Shown: positions 12,388 through 25,284, numbered from the whole stretch's first letter. The stretch: 63,055 nucleotides of DNA, filler included, from Rhabdomonas costata (GCA_019059605.1; 55 parts of 55 records of this genome joined end to end with filler, not necessarily neighbours in it); one strand, 5' to 3'. Program-made: numbers and translations. The notes: generated from the sequence alone by a model not told the origin.

Positions 12388-12538
12388 TGGTGGACCCCCC
12401 CTCATCCCCTTCACACTTAGCCTTGGAAGTGTGCACGTAAGCATCATGCTCTTGGAATTCCTCTTACGCCTTGGGCTTTGATTTTACGTGCACACTTCCA
12501 AGGCTAAGTGTGAAGGGGATGAGGGGGGGCCCACCACC
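12388..12538. repeat. Contig-terminal fold-back inverted repeat (~50-bp arms)
   Basis: ccccccctcatccccttcacacttagccttggaagtgtgcacgtaa is mirrored by ttacgtgcacacttccaaggctaagtgtgaaggggatgagggggg. Confidence 0.95.
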
Positions 12539-12700
12539 NNNNNNNNNNNNNNNNNNNNNNNNNNNNNNNNNNNNNNNNNNNNTTAATTAATTAANNNNNN
12601 NNNNNNNNNNNNNNNNNNNNNNNNNNNNNNNNNNNNNNTTTCTGCGCCACCACACAACACAAAGACAACCCTGCTCACCTAGACATGCGGCAAAACACAC

Positions 12701-12919
12701 CTGGACATTGGCTTCGGCGCTGAGCTTCAGCAAGGCGGTGATGAACTCATACATGTTATGCTTTGTAGCCTCGTGTAGCAGCGTGGTACCCGTGGTGGGG
12801 TCAAGGATGTGGTTGGGGTGCATGGCCTTGCACGCGAAGGTGGGCTCGGCCAGCAAAGCACAAGCACGGTCGTTGTGGGCAGCCAAGGCCACGGCCAAGG
12901 GCACCAGCCCGGTAGCATC
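12701..12919 (-). CDS. Ankyrin-repeat protein, internal exon
   Basis: gcag|...|gtgtgt, 73 codons: DATGLVPLAVALAAHNDRACALL...TGTTLLHEATKHNMYEFITALLKLSAEANVQ. Confidence 0.8.
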
Positions 12920-13149
12920 CTGCGAGCAGACACGAAGTGCTCCCCAGGAAAGTTGTATGGGAAGAGCAGCAAAGTAGCACGCAGGGGTTTCATCTTGGAA
13001 GACGAGCAGTGGACACGCAAAGAGCAAAGGAGTGCCCAGAAGCACTATCCCCCCTTCCCTTCTGTGGCAGTGCTGACGGCACATGCTGGCGAACGCCAAA
13101 TCAGAAGGGGGGGAGAGACAAGCGCATTGGATTGGTTACGCTTTGACAG

Positions 13150-13345
13150 AAGGGGACGTGGTTGTCCTTGACTGCCCTTTCGGAAAGACCGCCTCCGTGA
13201 CTGGCTTTCTCTCTGCAAAATTGGCTGCAGTGCGAGATCTCCGGCATACTATTACTGTGAAGGATGATGAGGTGCAGCTGCTCTTTTTCGGTCGCGCCTC
13301 AGCACCTGCAAAGTCACAAAGTCACTTATCTCATGCCTTGCTGGG
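13150..13345 (+). mobile_element. Possible decayed non-LTR retrotransposon RT fragment (CRE/SLACS-like)
   Basis: GDVVVLDCPFGKTASVTGFLSAKLAAVRDL...DDEVQLLFFGRAS resembles the G.vvLG.PiG...fv...D.Q.allLLR region following the RT core. Confidence 0.4.
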
Positions 13346-14939
13346 GAGTACTCCCGCCCGTTTACAGTGCATGTAAATGAAGGCGTGCACTCAAGTTTTG
13401 AAACCAATATTTCCACCCCACTTACGGACGACCGTCCAGCCTAACACTCTTACCCTGGGCCTCAATACTTACTCTCTTACAACACAAACCTACACCTCAA
13501 ACGGAGTGTCGATTCACAGCAGAGGGCTGAGCTTTCACCAGACCATCGCCTTGCTTGCACATGAACCACGCTGCATTGCTAGCACGTGTTCCAGGGTTCT
13601 TGCGCATGCCCCTGCACAAATGTCATGCTGGCTTCGAGACCGGTGGGCGATCTCCGTCCGGGGACGCGCTACTGGCAAACCCACCCNNNNNNNNNNNNNN
13701 NNNNNNNNNNNNNNNNNNNNNNNNNNNNNNTTAATTAATTAANNNNNNNNNNNNNNNNNNNNNNNNNNNNNNNNNNNNNNNNNNNNGTGGGGTTACGTGC
13801 CGAGAAGGAAGTTGGCTTCGAGGAATTGGAGCGCCCCGCTGACGTCTATGGATCATTGAAATCATCATTGAAAAATGGGGATTGCGAGGGCTACGCGAAG
13901 CCTTGTGTGTAGTTTGAACTTTGCCATTTGCCAATTTGCATAAAAAAAGGTGGAAGTGAAAGTCTTTCAGGTTATTTATGTTTGATAGTTTTGTGTTTTG
14001 CAAAACTGTTGCACACATTTCCGCGCCCTGTATGGGATGTGGCCATGTCCCCACCTCCTCCACGTGAGAATTTTTAACCCGCTCCCTACCTGCTTTCCAA
14101 CTGCACGCACACGGGCAATTTTCGCAATTGTCCTCCACAAGCTTTGCTCGCTTCCATGACACGGACATGCGTGAACGAAACACACAGCATCGATCCAGCA
14201 GAATACGGACCAAGAAAGTTGTCCATGTGGACCTTCACCATGGTGCAGATCACCAAGAGCCCAAGTAAAATAAGACTATGACCGAGACGTCATAAAAACA
14301 AGAATTGTACAGGTCGGAATTAAAAAGTTTCCACCGATGGACTGGGAAGGGTGAGAATCTTGCGGAGAGACTTGAACTGAAGCAGGATTACTCCTCACCT
14401 CCACGGCTCCACAGCGGGGTGGGTGTGGGTTGGTGTGCATGTTGTCACTGTGGACTCAGGTGGACACGCTGTGCAATTCACAGGGAGACCTTACCTAGGC
14501 ATCACCCTCTGGTTGCTGGGGAGGAGGGAGGGAGAGTGGCGTCGCAGTGAAGAGAAGTGCAAAAGTAAAAGCCTAAGCTCCCACCAACCTCTCCCACGGA
14601 CACGTCAACCCCGGGCGATCCCCCGATGTTCGAGTGGCTACCGCGGTGTTCAGCGTGCTGGGGCAGTACCCCGTGGCCACGCTGCAGTCCACCCTCGAGA
14701 ATTCAGCAAGGGAAGACCTGCTCACCTAACCACTTAGCGACTTAGCATCTCGTTTCACGCTTGAACCCGCTCCTGCAGTGTGACGGAGAGGAACTCGGGA
14801 ACTGACCCCCGCTGCATCGCAGCGGACAAACCCACNNNNNNNNNNNNNNNNNNNNNNNNNNNNNNNNNNNNNNNNNNNNTTAATTAATTAANNNNNNNNN
14901 NNNNNNNNNNNNNNNNNNNNNNNNNNNNNNNNNNNGGGG

Positions 14940-15500
14940 GGGGTGGACGTCTCCGAAGCTGCTCCAGCGTCTTGGAGACGTCCACCCCTTTTGGAATCGA
15001 TCCCTCACCCCCGACGCTTACGCAGATAGAAAACTGAAAGAAGAGGTGTGTCGAAAGAAAAGTAGTTGCAACATATGCTGAGTGGACACATGACATTTCC
15101 ACAACCAAAGCGAATGGGTTAACTGAATAAGGGGAACAGGGTTGTCCTCACCTCGGCCCAGGTCCACATTGATCTTCGCCACCCCTTCTGGCGAGAGTGC
15201 GCACAGCAGAGTCCTCTCCTCCTCAGTTAGAGGTCTCTGGAGCTGCTCCTCCAGGAAGGGCATTAGTGCTGACAACCCGTCCAGCACCATTTGCACACGA
15301 AAAAGAAGAAAGGGAGACAATGAGTGAAAGAAAAGGGGCACACGAAAAAGGGTGAGGGCGACTGAAACAGCTTTCTGCAATAGAAGGCGGAAGAATAGTT
15401 CTGCATCTCGAGGTGAACGAGGAATCGGTGCTGATTCAGGAAGTAGGTCGGGTTGAATGAGATGATCTTTTCGAGCCTGACCCCTCGGAAACTCACTCTT
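14940..15500 (-). CDS. Hypothetical protein, three candidate exons
   Basis: VSFRGVRLEKIISFNPTYFLNQHRFLVHLEMQNYSSAFYCRKLFQ / MVLDGLSALMPFLEEQLQRPLTEEERTLLCALSPEGVAKINVDLGRGEDNPVPLIQ / VGGEGSIPKGVDVSKTLEQLRR, separated by pyrimidine-rich gaps. Confidence 0.45.
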
Positions 15501-16084
15501 CCACAGAGGATGTGTGGAGCATTTCGGGTCTCTGCCGTCTGGTTCAGTTCACTTGGTTTTATGTTGTAATGAAGACCTACGTGCTGGGGGAGCCGTATTT
15601 TTTTTTGAAGTGTATAAAGTCAATAAGATCAGTTCGAATCAGCACCTACGTGAAGAGCCCGCGCAGGGGCGGGTAGACATTTTTCACTGTTTGAAAGCAA
15701 AGAGGAAGTGGCACTTGTCTGCATCTGAGGGCGGTAATTTTATTTATCCATCCCCATCCGTCGCTGTCTTTCCCTGTTGTTGCGTGCGTGCGTAAACGAG
15801 TCTTCAGACGACCATATTCACGGAAACAACACCCACCGGCATCAGAGATCCATAAGAACAACTAGCTGCCGAGCTGCCATGGTGCGTGTCGTGCCAGGAA
15901 GCAGGAAGAAGGGAGGGAGGGGGGTATGCACTATATATTCAGAATACCTAGGGAACCTGAATATATAGTGCATACCCCCCCCCCNNNNNNNNNNNNNNNN
16001 NNNNNNNNNNNNNNNNNNNNNNNNNNNNTTAATTAATTAANNNNNNNNNNNNNNNNNNNNNNNNNNNNNNNNNNNNNNNNNNNN

Positions 16085-17133
16085 AGCTTGCCGGAAGCGT
16101 CTTCGATGGTGTACGGGTTCCCGAGGAGGTCGCCGTGCTCGTGTCCGAAAAAGAGCCTGTGGCACTGCATGTCAGGCTCCTCGATGTGCTCAGCGTCAGG
16201 CTGACCGTGGCCGAGGAACGCGTTCGCGTCTCGCTTCCACTCCCACTTCCTGACTCCGTCAGAGTCCTCGAAAGCGTCGCACTACGGCTCTCCGAATCCG
16301 TAGATGACAGCGTTGACGTGTGCGATGCAGAAATGGACGTGCTCAGACTGCCCGTCAGAGTTGCAGAAGGGCTCTCGCTCAAGCTGCGGCTTCGGGATGT
16401 GCTGGGTGTCGAGGAAGAGCTTCCCGAAAAGCTGCCCGAGACGGACACCGTCCTCGTGAAAGACTTCGTGCAAGTCACAGAAGGTGTGGTCGTTCGCGAT
16501 CCAGAACCCGACCCAGTGGCCGAATGCGTCGCCGAAGGGCTCAGCGTATCACTGGGGCTCAGAGTCTTCGACCTTGTGCAGCTAATGCTGCACGTTCGCG
16601 AGCTGGAGCATGACGAAGTGGAGGTTGAGGAGTCTGAGAGGCTTAGACTCTGTGATGCCGTCCCACTCCCCGAACGTGACATCGACGCGCTCCAGGAGAT
16701 GGAACCACTGGGCGAAAGCGAGGTGGTTGAAGAGGGCGATGCGCTCTGCGTGAAAGAGGCCGTCCGGCTATGGCTCCTTGTCAGCGATGCCGTCAGCGAG
16801 GTGGATGCAGAGGTCGTCCCCGTTGATGTGCCCGAAGAGGACACACTGCTGCTGAGGCTGCGGGTTTGGGTGGCACTGCTGAACGAAGAGCTGAAGGAAA
16901 CCGACGCCGACGTGGTGCTCGTCCTCGTCCTCGATGGGCTGCAGGTTATGCTGAAACTCTGACTTGCCGTGCGCGTTTCAGAGCTGGACCTTGTGGGGCT
17001 TTCGGTGTCCGATGAAGTCGCACTGCTTGAAATGCTTTTAGAACGGCTTCGCGTAGTTGTCATGGTAATGGTCTGTGGTTCAGTCACAGTGAAGGAGGAG
17101 GTCATGGTACGGGTGTCGCTCAAAGTCTGACTT
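16085..17133 (-). CDS. Ser/Thr-rich mucin-like (TxTxS) region of a probable surface protein
   Basis: Frame open across essentially the whole contig, with alternating S/T pattern (SxSxTxTxS). Confidence 0.8.
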
Positions 17134-17489
17134 NNNNNNNNNNNNNNNNNNNNNNNNNNNNNNNNNNNNNNNNNNNNTTAATTAATTAANNNNNNNNNNN
17201 NNNNNNNNNNNNNNNNNNNNNNNNNNNNNNNNNGGGTGTGGGGTTTCTACTTCAAGTAAAAAAATATTTGGGAGGAGACGGGACGACTTCGGAGAGCGTC
17301 AGAGAAGGTATCTGGTTCCTCTATTAGATGCATGAGTGCCGGCTCCTTAAAAATGAGGGCAAAGGCAATGAAAACCACTCCCCAAAGCTCAAGCGCAAAG
17401 CTCTGTTTCAGTCAGCTGTGCTGCAAATAGGGAGGAGGATCAAAGCCGCTGCCTCATTTCTGCCTCCTTTGGTCGGTGCCCCATCTCCG

Positions 17490-17609
17490 GACTTCAGCAT
17501 CTATGTATGTGTTCAGGCCCCTCCAGTGGGAACAAGACAGCGTTGCAGGTCGCACTGGACACCCTGGAGCGGAAGAAGCAGATCGCGCAGCTGTTGGTTC
17601 AGAACATTG
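17490..17609 (+). CDS. Possible ankyrin-like exon
   Basis: SGNKTALQVALDTLERKKQIAQLLVQNI followed by a gt donor. Confidence 0.3.
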
Positions 17610-20266
17610 GTCTGACACGAGCCCACCCGAGGGCAAGCGAGAGAAGTGGCCCGGGGATGACGCGGGGGAGGGTGAATTGGAATGCATCTGATTTTTTTGT
17701 ATCGGTGTCAGGGCATTTTGGTACGCTCTGCGCTGTGTTCATCAGTGTCTCTTTTTCCGCAGTGGTGAATGGATGGTTGTGCTCGCATTCGCCCCTCTGC
17801 TCACACGCACTCCTCTTTTTCGCTTAGCGATGGTGGCGGTGAGCCGGTACCCCATGGTACCACTATGTGAGTTGTGTGACTGTGTGACTGAGTGATGAGG
17901 GCTCCGGAGGTGCACCCTGGCATTCATCGCGGCATGCCGACTCAGAGTCACTTCACAGCACAGGAGTGCAGACAACAGGGATCACCAGAAGACCCAGACA
18001 TCAGCTCCATCTCTCAAGCCAACGCGCTTTGCGCCCAACACACCAGCTTCTTTCTCATTCCTCAGTGTCAATTGCTCTGCTTGCAGGGACAGTCACCGGC
18101 GAGACCTCCAAGCAACTGTTCTCCCGGTTTGGACTCAGCCCAAAGCACTGAGCTGGAAGCTGCCCCACGGACTTCCCTTCCGGGTTCTGCGTGAAAATCC
18201 CTCAGAGAACCCAGAAGAGAAGGGAATGTCCTTCTCTCAGGCCCCTGTCGCCGAAACACTGTCGCCGAACAACCCAACAACCNNNNNNNNNNNNNNNNNN
18301 NNNNNNNNNNNNNNNNNNNNNNNNNNTTAATTAATTAANNNNNNNNNNNNNNNNNNNNNNNNNNNNNNNNNNNNNNNNNNNNGGGGTGTGGTAGCTACCG
18401 CGGAAGCAAAATCCACGTGTCGCTGCTTCACCACCACTCCACGCGCAAAAATCAATAGCAAACCGCAAAAAAGAAACAAATTGAAAATGATACCGGGAAG
18501 GGAAGTGGTAAAGAAAGCGCGAGTGGCGAGAAGAATTCCAAGGGAGGAAAAGAATGGGAGTTAGGGACTGAGGCAGGAACAGAACGTGTGAGAATTATAG
18601 AACACACGCAGGGACCCAGTCACACGGCCTCTATATCACTCTGGATATCCGTTGCATTCACGGCCTCATCGTCCTGATCAGCTGTGTTACTCGTGACCTT
18701 ACCCGGGGGTTCGAACGAACACCAGCAGATAGCTGCAGGCTGTGTCCCGCGATTGTTGTGTGTGGCGATGACGCAGGCCAAGCGAGAGTGGAAGGAGGGC
18801 CGCCGCTGCAGTCCTTCGTCGTTATCATGGCGCGGCGCACAGAAACCGGCGATGCTGACTACTCCGCATCGAAGCTAGTAGCGTCCATGAGGAGATCGCG
18901 TAGAAGTATTATTATCGCGCGCCCAGCGCCCGAAAAAATATGACCTTTCCGACAGCTGAGCAGGTGGTCAGGTGTAATTCAATTCGGGAATATTCGGGAA
19001 CACAGTTTTTTCAGGCAACAGAAAGCTGCACTTAGCCCTCAACGTTTGACGGGGGCAAAGTACGAATTCCGTTTGTGCGGGCATTCGGTAGTCTGCAGCT
19101 TTGTTTGCCGCTAGTATGCGGCTTCAAGAAGAGGCAAGCTTGGATTAGTGTTCTCGCTGCAACGGTAGTTTGAGTACTCGGTCCTGTGGTTGTATGAATA
19201 CTACAAATTAGAGGAACTTCTGGGGCGTCATAATTACTTTTTTCGTGTCGTATAAGGTGCACCTCCCCCCTTATTGAAAGATTTCTCGGTCGCCGCCACA
19301 GCCCTAATGAATGCAGCTCAAAACAGAAGTACTCTTTTTTTTTGCTCGGGTACGGCTTTTCATCGAATCAAGATCGGGTTTTGATGTCAGTGTGTCAGAT
19401 TAGCGTGAGCTCATGCCGCTGCAACAAAACCNNNNNNNNNNNNNNNNNNNNNNNNNNNNNNNNNNNNNNNNNNNNTTAATTAATTAANNNNNNNNNNNNN
19501 NNNNNNNNNNNNNNNNNNNNNNNNNNNNNNNGGTTTCCGAGAAGGTTTGCCTTTATGTAAAGCCCTCAAACATAGTCCAGCAGGAATTTACAGAATTTAC
19601 CCGTTTGGGAGTGCCATCACTGGAAAAGGTACTGACACTCCTACCCTTACACCGACGCGCCGTAACCCGCAACGAATGAATATACTGGGTATGCTTTGGA
19701 AAAACTGACGTTTTGCTCGTTCCCGCAGGTTTCGGATGGTATCTCACAGCCTTTTATATCTCACATTGCCGCTAATAAAAGAAATTCACACACACACACA
19801 CCCTTCGGCTGTGCGCTGCACGCACTTGTGCCTGTGGCTGATTCTTCCCTGTCCTCGGAAGATATTGGGAGAAAACAAAGGTTGTGGTGAATGCAAACCA
19901 TTCGTATTGTTGCTACGGTTTTCTCCGAAAACTTCCGCGACAAAGTATGAGCACAGGTACGAATGTGCAGCGCACACCCGAAGGGGGCAGCGCTCACAGG
20001 GTTACAATCAAGCACAGTGTGTGGGGAGGGGTGCGTGTGTGTGTTGTTTGAGAATGTGAACTTATGACACGGCTGTGAGAGACACCCGAAACGCTTCGGG
20101 GACGGGCAAAACGTCAGATCACCAACGGCCAAGAACTTGCGAAAGGCACCATTTGGGGTCGCAGAGAGCAGTCTTATACAACTTGTAGGGCATACCGTAA
20201 ATGCGGGTGAACCCTTTCAAGTGTCAAACGTGCGCAACCGTCACCAAGAAGGTATGGATCAATCAA

Positions 20267-20330
20267 TACACATGCACATGCACATACACACATACAGCAT
20301 ACAGCACATACAACATATACATACACATGT
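20267..20330. repeat. Degenerate (CA/TA) microsatellite
   Basis: tacacatgcacatgcacatacacacatacagcatacagcacatacaacatatacatacacatgt. Confidence 0.75.
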
Positions 20331-20686
20331 GCAGCATGATGCCACCTGCCACCAGAGGATCTGGCGAAATTGAGCCCAAAGCCAGCCCCTGGTTCGATCG
20401 GGTTTCTTGTGAACCCAGTCTTCCAAGAAGGGATGAAAAGGAAAGGAGAAGAATCGCTGAAGACCGCCCCTGCACACACCGGCGAAGATCACAACCCAAG
20501 ACTGCAGGAAGTCCTCCTCCTGGAGAACCTGCTCCACCTGATCCAGGGTGGTAACCTTTACCTGCGTGCACACCCCAACCNNNNNNNNNNNNNNNNNNNN
20601 NNNNNNNNNNNNNNNNNNNNNNNNTTAATTAATTAANNNNNNNNNNNNNNNNNNNNNNNNNNNNNNNNNNNNNNNNNNNNGTTGTG

Positions 20687-20760
20687 TTTGTGAATATTCA
20701 AGAACTTGAGTCGACGTACAAAGCTGATTCAACGACTCAAGTTCTTGAATATTCACAAAA
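20687..20760. repeat. Contig-terminal fold-back inverted repeat
   Basis: tttgtgaatattcaagaacttgagtcg ... cgactcaagttcttgaatattcacaaa. Confidence 0.95.
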
Positions 20761-23700
20761 ACACCGAGTTTCGAAGTGCAGTAGGTCACTCCTGTTGGAG
20801 TTTACTCTTCGTTACATGCACCCATGAGTGAGAATGGCACACTTAGAGTACCATTAGTATATTAGTAGGTTATTATGTCATGTAGAAAGTAGAAAAATGC
20901 ACAAAAAGACGCAAAACCTTGTTTCCGCATGATAATTCTACAACACGTTGCATCTATTATTATTTTCTAGGCGCTTCCACATAGAGTAGATATAGAATAT
21001 GCTGGAAGTTTCCAACACAATCTACCTGCTCCAGATTCATTTGTTTTCATACTACTCACATTTGGAAATCATACCGTCATTCACTTCTGTATTATGGTGC
21101 ATACGACTATTGCATCAGTTGCAGCAGGTTTAAGTAGCTAAATTAAAGCAACTAGTGAAAGTGCTGGTGGAAAATGGGACGACTAATTAAGAACAACGTA
21201 TGCTACAGGCTACGAACTTTCAAGAGCGACCAACGCGGTAATACATTCGTGTGGAAAAGCGGAGTGACTACCGACATTGCATTAGAGATACCACATGGAA
21301 ACTATGTTTTTATATCCATGCGTAGCTGCGTGGGTGCAACGTGACGCATATCAGTGGGATATGCATTAAAGCGGTGAATAATACTGTGGCAATATCGCCA
21401 GTGACCTCTTTAATCACATTAATGTTGCTACAGGATACAACGTGGTGCAGATACTTCTTGAGAAGAATGCAGCCAATGCAACCCTGTAACCGCAGAACCC
21501 GCCGAACCGGCCGAAAAGCCGAAGGACCTCATCGATCTTTGTTTTATTGAAGAGACAATTTTACTCTATGTGGCAGATATTTTTTGCGTCTTTGTTTCCA
21601 CTGAAATCCATTTAACTCCAAATAAAAACCATGCCGTGAATAGATTACATGATCTGTGTACGGAAGTCACATTACTATACTAAGATTGATATTCATTCAG
21701 TATTTAATCAAATTCTAGTCCACAAAACCNNNNNNNNNNNNNNNNNNNNNNNNNNNNNNNNNNNNNNNNNNNNTTAATTAATTAANNNNNNNNNNNNNNN
21801 NNNNNNNNNNNNNNNNNNNNNNNNNNNNNGGTGTTGGGGAGGGGCCATCCATCCTTCGCTGATGGAAACCTGCGTACGATGGATGGCCCCTCCCCAAGAC
21901 CCCCGTCACATTTTAGCCGGCAATCGAGATCGGGAGCCTGAAAGCACCACAAAATTGACACAAATGCATCTGAAAATGCTTCGGGAAGTTTATGTTAGCA
22001 TTTATGTGACGCAAATAGAGGGGGCATTAGATCACAGCGGTTTATGGGCGTAAAAAGCCTAAACTCACCTTATTGGCGCTGGTACGAGGGATTCTTCAAT
22101 TTAATCCAAAACCAACACAAAAAATCAAAATCCCATTTTCTGTTAAAATTCACAGCACACCCTTTTCTTCCTTGAAAGCATTGAGAAAGCAGATCCAAAA
22201 CCGATAGGTAGTAATCCCGTTCTGACGACATTACATTACAAACTTCGGTTGTTAGCTTGCTGGGAAATAGAATAAGTTATGCCAACTTATTATTGATTTA
22301 AAGTCTGTTCAAGTATTTTGATTAGTGTTTGTTGTGTCATGGATCAAATGGAGGTCGCAGACGAAAATGCAAGGAAGCATTCAATAGCCACGGAAATGTA
22401 AGGAAGGATACCTACTGGCTATTGAACGTTTTTAACCGTACTGTTCTCTGTTCAACAACAAGCGTCAGTATTTTAGCATTGTGAGGTCGAGTGAACACTT
22501 TGCGCGGGGCACCACAACGACACTGTGCAGCCTCCACTGCGCCCCTGTCGCTCTTGCGGTGCCTACCACTGGAGCTGGAAGTGCCCCATCAAGATTGCCC
22601 GCTTTCCGAACGCCCCTGTGCAAACTCGGCAAAGCTCCACCGTGGGGGGAGGGGGTTGTCGTGCAGCCCTGTCCTTAGCTCACCTTTTTGTGCACTCTCA
22701 CCTCCTGTTGTCCGACGACGACGTCTTACTCGCTCATCCCGACCCCTACTTTCTTTCCTTCTGCATACTGCTCCCCGCACTGTAGTCGCTGTCCCCTTCC
22801 TGCTCAAACGCTGCAGACGCAGTCTCCCGCTTTCAACAGCTGCCACCGTTCCTCGTGCTTCTCCGCTCCACAACACACNNNNNNNNNNNNNNNNNNNNNN
22901 NNNNNNNNNNNNNNNNNNNNNNTTAATTAATTAANNNNNNNNNNNNNNNNNNNNNNNNNNNNNNNNNNNNNNNNNNNNGTGGTGGGTGTGTTTGGGTTGG
23001 TTTGTTGTGATCCTTGAGATCTGGGGCGTTGCTAAACAGGATCCTGAAGGGTCTTAAGAGTCGGGCTCCAAGACGCGTGTCAGCGGCAAGGGGTCGGCAC
23101 AAGTGCATTTATGCACCCCCCCCCCCCCAGGATCTTGGGCCACGGAGCTTCGCTGCGCTCCGCGGGAAAGAGTCCTAGGGAGCACGGGCATAGTCTCCTA
23201 ACCCCCTGCAAATTCATTCATTAGAACACCAGTGAACCCATCTATCGCCACCTAACCCCCTGCAAAAGCTTTTGTGGAACCCGTGCTTCACCTCACAACC
23301 CCCTGCACTCTAAGGAAGGGCTCACAAAAGCACCAGTTCACAGCCCAAATAGGGTGGACCCACCCTACTGAGGGGGGGGGGCATAAACGCACGTGATAGG
23401 GGGGCACAATCGCCAAGGGTTGTAGGACATGACAGGTGCATATTTTCAGTTGGCAAAGGAAAATAAGAGCAAAAACATAAGGGCAAAAGATTGTCCATAA
23501 GGGTTAGGTGCAAATGGGTATTTATGTCTCCGTGGGAACGGTGTGTGTGTGTGTGTTGTGTGTGTGTGTGTCTTTTGTGCCCTTTTTCCTTTCAATGCAA
23601 CTAGTTGAATGCAGATGATGTCATGATATCGCCGTATCAATTTCTTGGACTTCTGTATTGAGGTATTTTGTTGTTTGTAATTCAGGTGCAGTGACGGTTT

Positions 23701-24225
23701 TATTTCCTGTGAAATTCACGAGCTCAGGATAATCGACCGTTGGCGTCTTTTGACTCATATTGTTTCACAGGGAACAAGACGTGGGCTGAATTCCCTGTCG
23801 GTCCGCTCAACCGGACTGCTTTTTTTCTTACAAAAAGGATGCAAGGCAGGCGAGCCCGAGCGAGCCTACCCCCGCTCCCTGCTGGACCCCAACTACCGCA
23901 CTGCTCTGCCCCACATTGCTTTCCGCTTTGAACCACTTACCAACGCGGGCCACGGCATATTCGGAGCGGTGAGAGATCCTTCCTGTCCTTTTTCTTCCAG
24001 CTCTCCGTTGTCCCCCACCAACCNNNNNNNNNNNNNNNNNNNNNNNNNNNNNNNNNNNNNNNNNNNNTTAATTAATTAANNNNNNNNNNNNNNNNNNNNN
24101 NNNNNNNNNNNNNNNNNNNNNNNGGGTGTTGTTGACCCCAAGTTGGAGGAAGAGGCTCGTTTGTGGGGCAGCTTGAAGTGTGATGTCTGCGTGACGGTGC
24201 CGAATATATGCTCGTCAAAGCGCAG

Positions 24226-24444
24226 TCAAGACACGATGCAAAGCATGTTAAGGTCCCCACTGGATGTAAGAGAAGTTCGGGAGAAGATTGCTGAATTCAC
24301 TGGGGTGCCGCTGACGGACTCGGACGGTTCGAGCTACCGGACCACGCCCAGCGGTGAGCGACCGCCCCTTGAGTTCGATGATGGCCAAGAAAAGCGAGCT
24401 TTGTTGGCGGAGGACAACAAGATCAACCACGCACTCTTCCTCAG
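24226..24444 (+). CDS. Exon ending in the start of a response-regulator receiver domain (hybrid histidine kinase-like)
   Basis: ...QEKRALLAEDNKINHALFLR|gtgtgc matches the receiver-domain pattern xLLAEDNxxN. Confidence 0.7.
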
Positions 24445-25284
24445 GTGTGCACGATTGTGGCTCGGTGATTGAATGCGCTCGCAGCTGTTTCCGTGTGAAT
24501 AGTACCTTGCTGACCGTTTACCGTGGGCTGAAGCGCATTTTTTGTTGATGCGATCTGCTTTTTGCCGTGAGAGTTCGTTAGAACTCCGCCTCCCACGTTT
24601 ATAAGAAGATTTTGCTCTCAAGGTGTGGTTCTAAATTAATCACAGTTTGCGTGATAGACGAAAGATATTACGATCGCATTCATTTGGAGCTGTTGTTCCC
24701 CTTCCTTCTGCCTCATTCCTCTTCGCTTGGATTTAAGATGCTATTCTATTTTTTCCACCTGTTCTCGTCTCGGCACGCAGGCAACTTGCCAAAGTGGGGC
24801 TGGTGTGCATTGATAGCGCCTTCTCTGGAACCCAGGCGGTGGAACTAGCCGAGCGCAACAGGTTTGTCGTTTTCTTCTTCTTGCGTGTTCCGGCTCTTTT
24901 CAGTTTCTTCCTTGCTGTCGGTGTAGATTCAGCGAAGAGCTTTTCTTCTGCAACTCTGAACCTTGTCTGCTCTCATGGATTTGTTCGATAGCCACGCGCC
25001 TGCATGCGCCTTGTCCCCGCACAGCTGCACGCATTTCCTGTGCGGGTCGTCTTTGTCTTCACGAAGTGTTTCTTCTTCTTAGGCGATTGCATTTCTTTTC
25101 TTTTTGCAGTTACTCCATCATTTTGCTGGACCTGGAGATGCCAGAGATGAATGGAGTAACTGCAAAAACAAANNNNNNNNNNNNNNNNNNNNNNNNNNNN
25201 NNNNNNNNNNNNNNNNTTAATTAATTAANNNNNNNNNNNNNNNNNNNNNNNNNNNNNNNNNNNNNNNNNNNNTTGCGGCAGAGG

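Noticed and set aside
16135..16962. 275-aa V/L/D/E-rich ORF on the plus strand
   Set aside because: It is the antisense shadow of the Ser/Thr-rich minus-strand gene.
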